Origin: Thermoflexus sp.
Lineage (GTDB): Bacteria; Chloroflexota; Anaerolineae; B4-G1; DUEL01
NCBI GenBank assembly: GCA_028276215.1
Contig: JAPYWT010000001.1
Coordinates: 1 to 24,840, forward strand
Direction: 5' to 3'
DNA: 24,840 nucleotides
This document shows positions 1-6,354 of this stretch, piece after piece (the first letter of the stretch is position 1; each line of letters starts with the position of its first letter). A program made the position numbers and the translations under genes. The notes under the pieces are model-generated. The model was not told the DNA's origin. It made no database searches and was given only the letters and a program-made list of their open reading frames with translations.

Positions 1-52
1 AGGGTTCTCTCAGGCGGGATGAAATATGGGAGATGCTCTGTTTGGGTTCCAT
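1..52 (-). CDS. 5' end of an unidentified CDS running off the window (MEPKQSISHISSRLREP...)
   Basis: ATG at 52-50 is preceded by a purine-rich SD-like AAGGGGG, and the frame is open to the window edge. Only 17 codons are visible. Confidence 0.3.
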   Translation of the reverse strand, partial: MEPKQSISHISSRLREP

Positions 53-83
53 TTGTCCCCCTTTGCTATCTGCCGTTCGCCTC

Positions 84-392
84 TCATACCGGGATGCTCT
101 CTGCCAGGATTCGCTTCCCGATTCTGGGACGCAGCGCACTCTTCATGACCAGGTCCACTTTAACCCCCAGAATCTCGCTCAGATAGTCCTCCAGTTCAAT
201 GAATTGGAAGAAGTCCGGGGGGGTCTCGTATTCCACCAGGATGTCCAGGTCACTATCTGCTTCCTGTTCGCCCCGGACGTAGGAGCCAAACAGGGAAAGG
301 GAGCGGATGCCGTAGCGCGCCTGCAAATCGGGCAGGTGTTCTTTCAGAGCCCGCTGAATCTCTTCCAGGTTGCGCACCGAACGCATGGCCAT
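84..392 (-). CDS. Minimal nucleotidyltransferase (MNT, MntA-type antitoxin family)
   Basis: 102 aa with the GS-x10-DxD motif (FGSYVRGEQEADSDLD) and the typical 'LSEILGVKVDLV...LRPRI..RIL.E' C-terminus. Alternative start at ATG 386. Confidence 0.85.
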   Translation of the reverse strand: MAMRSVRNLEEIQRALKEHLPDLQARYGIRSLSLFGSYVRGEQEADSDLDILVEYETPPDFFQFIELEDYLSEILGVKVDLVMKSALRPRIGKRILAESIPV

Positions 393-395
393 TCC

Positions 396-1685
396 CTACA
401 ACTCCACAAAATACGCCGACGCGGCCCGGTCTATCAGGTCCGGGGAGAGGGTCGGCGGGACGTTGAGGTAGCGGGCGATGTCGCAGAGTTGCTCTACCAG
501 GTCGCGCGGATGACAGGCCCGCAGGGGCCGCTTCGGCTTGATGTAGTGCTCCTGCAGCAGGTAGGCCAGCCCCCGGTCGTCGTAGGGCACCCCCTTGGCC
601 TGACAGACCCGGCGGAAAATCTCCCGGTACTCGTCAAAGGTAGGATTCTTGATCTCAATCTTGTGCCGGATGCGGCGCAGGAACGCCTCGTCCACCAGGT
701 CCTTCGGGGCCAGGTTGGTCGCAAAGACGATGAGGACGTCAAAGGGGACCTCTATCTTCCGCCCCGTGTGCAGGGTCAGGAAGTCCACCCGTTTCTCCAG
801 CGGAACGATCCACCGGTTCAGGAGGTCGCGCGGGCGGACCTGTTGCCGTCCGAAGTCGTCAATCAGGAGCATCCCACCGTTGGCCTTCATCTGGAACGGG
901 GCCTCGTAGTACTTGTTGGTCTCGTCGTAGACCAGGTCCAGGGTCTCCAGCGTCAGTTCGCCCCCCACCATAATCATCGGACGACGGATGCAGACCCAAC
1001 GGGGGTCCACGTTTCGCCCCCCCGCCGGGGCCTCCGCCCGGACGTGATTGACGCTGTCAAAGACTTTGATGACCTGCCCGTCCACCTCCACCGCGTACGG
1101 GATGTAGATGGTGCCGCTCATAATCATCTTGCCGATGGCCTCAGCGATGACCGTCTTGCCGTTGCCCGGAGGGCCGAAGAGGAAAATGGACTTGCCGGAG
1201 TTGACGGCGGGGCCCAGTTGGGCGAAGACCTCCTCGCTGATGACCAGGTGAGAAAGGGCCTGGCGCATCGTCCGCTGGTGGACGACGATCTGCCCCAGCG
1301 ACTGCTGACGGATGGCATCGCTGTACACCGCCAGGGGGACAGGCGCCGGGCCCGCGTAGTGACTGCGGTCCAGCGCCTCGCGGGCCATCAGCCGCCCCTT
1401 GTCGGAGATAGCATACTGGTAGGCCGCCTCGGCGAACCCTCCGGCCCCCTTGACCTCGCAGAGTTTCTCCCGCTTGAGAAACTCCAGGACCTGGTCCACC
1501 ACTCCGGCATAGGGGAGTTTCATCCGCTCCGCCAGTTCGTAGCCGGAGAGGAAGCCTTCAAAGTATAGCACTTTGAGGGCCAGGTCTATCAGAAAACCCA
1601 GATTCAGCCCCGTCTCTTCTACGGAACGCGGCGCGCGGGGGAGAAAACCGGTCGGTACCACTTCACTGGCAGACGCCTGAGCCAT
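396..1685 (-). CDS. AAA+ family ATPase with a probable N-terminal winged-helix-like domain (429 aa)
   Basis: Walker A GPPGNGKT, Walker B LLIDD, and sensor/Arg-finger region ATN...DEAFLRR. Start moved to ATG 1685, which has GGAGG upstream; the ORF-track extension overlaps the upstream gene. Confidence 0.85.
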   Translation of the reverse strand: MAQASASEVVPTGFLPRAPRSVEETGLNLGFLIDLALKVLYFEGFLSGYELAERMKLPYAGVVDQVLEFLKREKLCEVKGAGGFAEAAYQYAISDKGRLMAREALDRSHYAGPAPVPLAVYSDAIRQQSLGQIVVHQRTMRQALSHLVISEEVFAQLGPAVNSGKSIFLFGPPGNGKTVIAEAIGKMIMSGTIYIPYAVEVDGQVIKVFDSVNHVRAEAPAGGRNVDPRWVCIRRPMIMVGGELTLETLDLVYDETNKYYEAPFQMKANGGMLLIDDFGRQQVRPRDLLNRWIVPLEKRVDFLTLHTGRKIEVPFDVLIVFATNLAPKDLVDEAFLRRIRHKIEIKNPTFDEYREIFRRVCQAKGVPYDDRGLAYLLQEHYIKPKRPLRACHPRDLVEQLCDIARYLNVPPTLSPDLIDRAASAYFVEL

Positions 1686-1731
1686 CGGTCCTCCTGAAAA
1701 AGCCATGAATTGCACGAATTTGCACGAAAAA

Positions 1732-2880
1732 TTAGAAATTATTACCCAACACTTCTCCGACGCGCAGCACCTCGTCTTCCGTGTTGTAGCCGTGGGGGCT
1801 GACGCGGATGTAGGACTCGCGCAGGGAGACGGCGACTTTCGCCTCCCGCAGGCGGGCGTGGGCCGCCCGCACGTCCCCCGGCACGGCGAAGGAGACAATC
1901 GCCGAGCGGTGGGCCGGGTCCAGATTGCTCACCACTTCGTATCCCCGCCGCTGCAGGTCCGCGATCAACATATCGGTCAGGTGGAGCGTGTGGCGGTGGA
2001 TGTTCTCTATGCCCGTCTCCAACAGCAACTCTATCGCCGCCATCAGTCCGGTCATCCCCACCAGGTTGGGGCCGCCCAGGTCAAAGCGGCGGGCGTCGGG
2101 CAGAAAGGTCAGGTTGTAATCCCGCCAGTCCTCCCAGCCGACGACGCTGATGCATCCGGCCATCGGCGGCGACATCCCCTCCAGCAACTCCCGGCGGCAG
2201 TAGAGGAAACCCACCCCCACCGGCCCCATCAGCCACTTGGGGCCACCGGCCGCCAGAAAGTCTATGCCGTACGCGCGCACGTCCATCGGAATCGCGCCCA
2301 GGGACTGGATGCCGTCCACAATGAAGTACGCGCCGTGGGCCCGGCACCACTCCCCAATGGCGGCCAGGTCGGTCCGGAAGCCGGTGAGGAACTCCACCGA
2401 ACTGACCGCGACGGCGCGGGTGTGCCGGTCGGCGTGGGCCTCCAGCGCCTCCACCGTCAGGCCGCCGCCGTCGTGGGGGATGCAGCGGGCCTCCACCCCC
2501 TTCTGCCGCTCCAGCAGCATCCAGGGGTAGACGTTGGAGGGGAACTCCATATCGCAGAAGATGATGTTGTCGCCGGGGCGGAAGGGCAGGGACTGGGCCA
2601 CCAGGTTGAGACCGTGGCTGGTGTTCTGCACCAGGGCAATCTCCTCGGGCGTGGCGTTGATCAGACGGGCCACCGCCTTCCGCAGGCGCGCGGGGATGCC
2701 CTCCTCGTCCCGGTCTATCGTCCCGAAGGTCACCCGGCGGTCATCCAAGTAGCGGACCATCGCGTCCCGCACCCGGCGGGGGAGCGGGGAAATGGCCGCG
2801 TGGTCCAGAAACGTACAGGCCGAGGTCGCGGCCTCCATTTCATCTCGCAGGCGCTGGAGCGGAGAGATGAAGGTTTCCAC
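1732..2880 (-). CDS. Class V aminotransferase-fold PLP-dependent enzyme
   Basis: FLDHAAISP, EFPSN, VDGIQSLG and the PLP-lysine motif DFLAAGGPKWLMGP; C-terminal IRVSPHGYN. GTG start with GGAGG. Confidence 0.9.
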   Translation of the reverse strand: METFISPLQRLRDEMEAATSACTFLDHAAISPLPRRVRDAMVRYLDDRRVTFGTIDRDEEGIPARLRKAVARLINATPEEIALVQNTSHGLNLVAQSLPFRPGDNIIFCDMEFPSNVYPWMLLERQKGVEARCIPHDGGGLTVEALEAHADRHTRAVAVSSVEFLTGFRTDLAAIGEWCRAHGAYFIVDGIQSLGAIPMDVRAYGIDFLAAGGPKWLMGPVGVGFLYCRRELLEGMSPPMAGCISVVGWEDWRDYNLTFLPDARRFDLGGPNLVGMTGLMAAIELLLETGIENIHRHTLHLTDMLIADLQRRGYEVVSNLDPAHRSAIVSFAVPGDVRAAHARLREAKVAVSLRESYIRVSPHGYNTEDEVLRVGEVLGNNF

Positions 2881-2898
2881 TGAAATTCCTCCCGAACT

Positions 2899-2983
2899 TC
2901 AATCCTCTACATACGGAATCCCGTTATGACGAAAAATTGTCCATCGCTGCAACAATATCGCTGAGTTTTACAGGCAATGGCAC
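2899..2983 (-). pseudogene. Probable internally deleted remnant of a UPF0158-like gene
   Basis: GGAGG + GTG opens MPLPVKLSDIVAAMD (stop TAA at 2924-2926). The +1 frame then reads FRHNGIPYVED-stop. These resemble, from memory, the N- and C-termini of UPF0158 proteins. Confidence 0.4.
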
Positions 2984-3005
2984 ATCTCCTCCCCTTCCTG
3001 TCAGT

Positions 3006-3359
3006 TCACCGACGGACACGATATTTGTTACGGTCAATGATGACCAACGTTTTCTCCATCGCCTCCTGATCCACAATGTCCAGAAAGCGAATCAATACAT
3101 CGTGTACCTGTTCCAGAGTGCGAGGTCTTATTTTCAGTACAACGACTCCCAAATGCCGCTCCGTAGGGAAAAGCAGCGTGTTGCTGAAATGCATATCGTT
3201 AGTTATGAGGATGCGACCTTCAGCCACCGCGTGCGCCAGAACTTCATCGTCAGATTTTCCTGCAAACCCGGCTTCCTGTACGGTAAGCACATCATGGCCG
3301 TAAGCCCGGAGCATCTGAACCGTTATGCGGTAAACGCACTCATCAGCCAGGAATTTCAT
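3006..3359 (-). CDS. DUF5615 family PIN-like protein (VapC45-type toxin)
   Basis: MKFLADECV...GHDV...G.SDDEVLAHA..EGRILITNDMHF pattern with the acidic PIN residues. Its start overlaps the DUF433 stop (ATGA). Confidence 0.85.
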   Translation of the reverse strand: MKFLADECVYRITVQMLRAYGHDVLTVQEAGFAGKSDDEVLAHAVAEGRILITNDMHFSNTLLFPTERHLGVVVLKIRPRTLEQVHDVLIRFLDIVDQEAMEKTLVIIDRNKYRVRR

Positions 3360-3595
3360 ACGGCTACTGCTTCCTCGGCAAAGTAAACCTCTTCACCCTC
3401 AATTAGCGACCTGGCATATTCTATACAAGCCCGAATATCTGCTACGGTCAGGGTGGGATAATAATCCCTCAGAATCTCATCAAAGGAGAGCCCATCTTCC
3501 AGCAGTTCCAGTACCATCGTTACCGGTATTCTCGTGCCCTTAATGCAGGGCTTTCCCCCACAGATTTTCGGGTCAACGGAAATTCTTTCAAACAT
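3356..3595 (-). CDS. DUF433 family protein (VapB45-type antitoxin), 79 aa
   Basis: RISVDPKICGGKPCIKGTRIPV..VLELL..G.S..EIL..YPTL...DIRAC..YA signature. ATG at 3595 overlaps the flavodoxin stop. Confidence 0.9.
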   Translation of the reverse strand: MFERISVDPKICGGKPCIKGTRIPVTMVLELLEDGLSFDEILRDYYPTLTVADIRACIEYARSLIEGEEVYFAEEAVAV

Positions 3596-4119
3596 CACTC
3601 CTCCTCCGCCATACGATCCCTCAGCACCCCCGCCACCTCCCGCGCCCAGGCGCGAATGGCCTCCCAGTCGCGGTGGTCTCCCTCCGGCACCTTCATCCTC
3701 TGGATGATGAACCGTTCCCCGAACGACAACCGGCTGTAGTCCATCTTCCCGGCGAAAAGGCCCACGCGGACCGGTTCCAGCAGGGCCAGCGCGGGCTCCA
3801 TCCACGATTCCACCAACCGGCGATTCTCCTCCGTATCCTCCATCAGGGCTATACAGACTGCGAAGTACGCGACGGGGATGCGTCTCAGCGCTTCGCGGTG
3901 CCGCCGAAGAAACCTCACCGCCTCCGGCATCCAGCGAAAGGCCCGAATCGGAGCCCCCAGGACCACCGCCCAGTAGGGGTTCACATCGGCCACTTCTCGG
4001 GCCCGGCGAAGGTCCACATCCAGACCTTCCTGGCGGAGCGTCTCCGCAACGGCCTGCGCCACCTCGCCGGTAGACCCGGCCCGGGTCGCGTAGGCAACCA
4101 GAACTTTCTCACTCATCAT
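3595..4119 (-). CDS. Flavodoxin-domain protein (Flavodoxin_5/HemG-like fold)
   Basis: VLVAYATRAGSTGEVA FMN-phosphate loop, VVLGAPI, VAYFAV, FAGKMD and a C-terminal DHRDWEAIRAWA. ATGA overlap with the coaBC stop. Confidence 0.85.
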   Translation of the reverse strand: MMSEKVLVAYATRAGSTGEVAQAVAETLRQEGLDVDLRRAREVADVNPYWAVVLGAPIRAFRWMPEAVRFLRRHREALRRIPVAYFAVCIALMEDTEENRRLVESWMEPALALLEPVRVGLFAGKMDYSRLSFGERFIIQRMKVPEGDHRDWEAIRAWAREVAGVLRDRMAEEE

Positions 4120-5354
4120 CCCTCCTTCTTCACCAGCATCCGCGTGACCCGGTCCAGCACCGTCTCGGCGACGGCGGCCTTGCTCATCAGCGGCAACTCC
4201 TCCACCCCACCCTCCCGGTCCAGGAGCACCACCCGGTTGGTCTCGGCGGCGAAGCCCGCGTCGGCCGCGGTGATGTCGTTGGCGACGATGAGGTCCAGTC
4301 GCTTGGCCTCCAACTTGGCGCGGGCGTTTTCCAGCAGGTCCTGGCTCTCGGCGGCGAACCCCACCACCACCTGCGGCCTTCCTGTGTCGGCCCGCTGCCG
4401 GGCCACCGCCGCCAGAATGTCCGGCGTCCGTTCCAGGCGCAGGGTCAGGTCGGCCGTCTTCTTGATCTTGTGTTCGGAGACGGTCGCCGGACGGTAGTCG
4501 CCGACGGCGGCGGCCATCAGCAGGGCATCAGCGTCGGCGGCATCTTCCAGGACCGCATCCAGCATCTGCTGGACCGTGGTGACGTCCACCCGGCGGGCCC
4601 CCACGGGAGTGGGCAGGGAGACCGGGCCGGTAATCAGGGTGACCTCCGCCCCCCGGTCCAGCGCCGCCTGGGCCAGAGCGAAGCCCTGTTTGCCCGAAGA
4701 GGGGTTGGAGATGAAGCGGACGGGGTCCAGAAACTCGCGCGTCGGCCCGGCGGTGACCACGACCTTCCGCCCGGCGAGGGGGCCCTGGCGGCCCAGTACC
4801 CACCGGATGTGGCCCAGAATCTCCTCCGGCTCCATCATCCGCCCCTCCCCCTCCAGGCCGGAAGCCATCCGGCCCCGGACGGGTCCGGCGAAGTGGACCC
4901 CGCGCGCCCGCAGGGTGGCGACGTTGGCCTGAGTGGCCGGGTGGCCACACATCCCGGCGTCCATAGCCGGTGCCAGCAGAACCGGACAGGTCGCCGCCAG
5001 GGCCAGGGTGGAGAGGAGATTGTCCGCCAGGCCCCCGGCCAGTTTGGCCATCGTGTTGGCCGTCGCCGGGGCGATGACCAGCAGGTCGGCGGCGTGGGCC
5101 AGCCCGACGTGCGCGATGTGGGTGGGCAATCCAGCCCCGCCGGTATGCCAGAGGTCGGTGTAGACCGGTCGGCCCGTCAGCGCCTCAAAGGTCAGGGGGG
5201 AGACGAAGCGGGTCGCCGCCTCGGTCATCACCACGTCCACCTCCGCCCCCATCTGGGTCAGGTGGCTGGCCAGGGTGCAGACTTTGTAGACGGCGATGCC
5301 GCCGGTGACGCCCAGGAGAATGCGCTTCCCGCGCAGCAGAGGGACGAGTTCCAT
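4116..5354 (-). CDS. coaBC: Bifunctional phosphopantothenoylcysteine decarboxylase / phosphopantothenate-cysteine ligase (412 aa)
   Basis: CoaC domain: [33 protein letters not shown]. CoaB domain: [57 protein letters not shown] 5354 has an AAAGGGA SD. Confidence 0.95.
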   Translation of the reverse strand: MELVPLLRGKRILLGVTGGIAVYKVCTLASHLTQMGAEVDVVMTEAATRFVSPLTFEALTGRPVYTDLWHTGGAGLPTHIAHVGLAHAADLLVIAPATANTMAKLAGGLADNLLSTLALAATCPVLLAPAMDAGMCGHPATQANVATLRARGVHFAGPVRGRMASGLEGEGRMMEPEEILGHIRWVLGRQGPLAGRKVVVTAGPTREFLDPVRFISNPSSGKQGFALAQAALDRGAEVTLITGPVSLPTPVGARRVDVTTVQQMLDAVLEDAADADALLMAAAVGDYRPATVSEHKIKKTADLTLRLERTPDILAAVARQRADTGRPQVVVGFAAESQDLLENARAKLEAKRLDLIVANDITAADAGFAAETNRVVLLDREGGVEELPLMSKAAVAETVLDRVTRMLVKKEG

Positions 5355-5384
5355 GTTGCTCCCTTTACCAACAGGGCTCAAATA

Positions 5385-5798
5385 CCGGCCTGACGGCCGA
5401 CGCTAAATGCGCCGACTGAAGTCGCCCTCCCAGGGCCTTTGGCCGACGGTCGGCCTGCGCCGACCGCCATCCGCAAACCGGCCTGGCGGCCGGCGCTACA
5501 CGTGGCGTAGGCTGTCAGCCTGCGACAGGCCCGGCGGCCGGCGCTGAGTGCGCCGACTGAAGTCGCCCTCCCAGGGCCTTTGGCCGACGGTCGGCCTTCG
5601 CCGACCGTCGTTTTCAACCGGCCCTGTAGCGGAGGCGGTCAGCCTGCAACCAGCCTGACGGCCGGCGCTCGTGCCGACTGAAGTCGCCCTTCCAGGGCCT
5701 TTGGCCAACGGTCGGCCTGCGCCGACCGTCGTTTTCAACCGGCCCTGTAGCACAGGCAGTCAGCCTGCAACCGGCCTGACGGCCAGCGCTACACGGCC
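5385..5798. repeat. Modular palindromic (REP/BIME-like) repeat array
   Basis: Three ~56-bp near-identical cores GCCGACTGAAGTCGCCCT(C/T)CCAGGGCCTTTGGCC(G/A)ACGGTCGGCCT(G/T)CGCCGACCG start at 5411, 5552 and 5673. Five degenerate CCGGCC-N4-GGCCGG-CGCT units start near 5385, 5478, 5526, 5649 and 5771. Three AGGC-NGTCA-GCCTGC units occur, two of them preceded by TGTAGC. Confidence 0.9.
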
Positions 5799-5808
5799 TT
5801 CCCGTAGA

Positions 5809-5836
5809 ATTGTATCGCAAATTGAGCAAATGGCAA
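5809..5836 (-). promoter_or_regulatory. Putative sigma70 promoter for the coaBC operon
   Basis: Minus strand reads TTGCCA (5836-5831), 16 nt, TACAAT (5814-5809), pointing through the repeat array toward coaBC. Confidence 0.55.
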
Positions 5837-6000
5837 CTGCTGCCGATAAATCGTGTAAATCCTGTCACTCACTGGAAACGGGACAGTAACCAAAGCGAAA
5901 CCTACGGAAAGGTTGTATGTGATATTATCATGGCGAAAAAAATCCCTCGGGGTAGTAAGGCATCTCTTGCCCAATCGGACTTTCACCATCAGGAGGGAAT

Positions 6001-6240
6001 ATGGTCTCTACCGTTACTACATCTACCGTTATGACCGTGACAACTGTGGCGGTCGCCAGTTCGCTGGCCCTGATCGTTGTGATGACGATGTTCACCCTGC
6101 TGGTTCAGAAGGAAGTTGCTATCAATGCCCGGGAGCGCTGGATGCGTGCCCTGGACCGGGCATTGAACGTCGGCGTTATTCCCTTGCTGATAGCATTTCT
6201 GGCACTGGTCGCGATGCGAATCGCAGAGCTTCTCAAATAA
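6001..6240 (+). CDS. Small (79 aa) Ser/Thr-rich two-TM membrane protein of unknown function
   Basis: AGGAGG SD at 5991-5996. Nine of the first 15 residues are S/T. Two hydrophobic segments flank a basic loop. It sits alone in an otherwise non-coding gap and is followed by a hairpin. Confidence 0.8.
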   Translation: MVSTVTTSTVMTVTTVAVASSLALIVVMTMFTLLVQKEVAINARERWMRALDRALNVGVIPLLIAFLALVAMRIAELLK

Positions 6241-6254
6241 CCCGTCAGGGCAAG

Positions 6255-6288
6255 ATTCCTGTTGCGGCGGAACCGCTGCAACAGGAAT
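6255..6288. terminator. Hairpin between convergent genes (probable terminator or 3'-end stabiliser)
   Basis: ATTCCTGTTGCGGCGG-AA-CCGCTGCAACAGGAAT forms a 16-bp stem with one G.U pair. No clear U-tract on either strand. Confidence 0.45.
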
Positions 6289-6354
6289 TGGCTTCGCTGG
6301 CAGCCCCACCATCTCTTGCGGATTGCCGCGGACACTTCTTCTCTTCTATCAGGC

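Noticed and set aside
33-1568. 511-aa plus-strand ORF, and similar long ORFs at 1705-2883, 3673-4497, 4470-5393, 9721-10626, 12283-13275, 13288-14409, 16123-17169, 20936-21838, 22271-23038, 23379-24119 and 23986-24756
   Set aside because: Antisense shadows of recognisable minus-strand genes, expected in high-GC DNA. They have no motifs.
1732-2880. Calling the PLP enzyme sufS, iscS or csd
   Set aside because: The catalytic Cys motif is absent and there are no suf/isc neighbours.
3595-4119. Calling the flavodoxin-like gene hemG
   Set aside because: The fold family is broad and there is no heme-pathway context.
5385-5798. Interpretation of the repeat array as a CRISPR array
   Set aside because: The ~56-bp cores are too long, the intervening segments are themselves repeated and palindromic rather than unique spacers, and no cas genes are present.
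5378-5868. Short ORFs encoding repeated peptides (TTVG.GRP.AKGPGRATSVG)
   Set aside because: Read-outs of the palindromic repeats in several frames, with no clear SD. Treated as non-coding.
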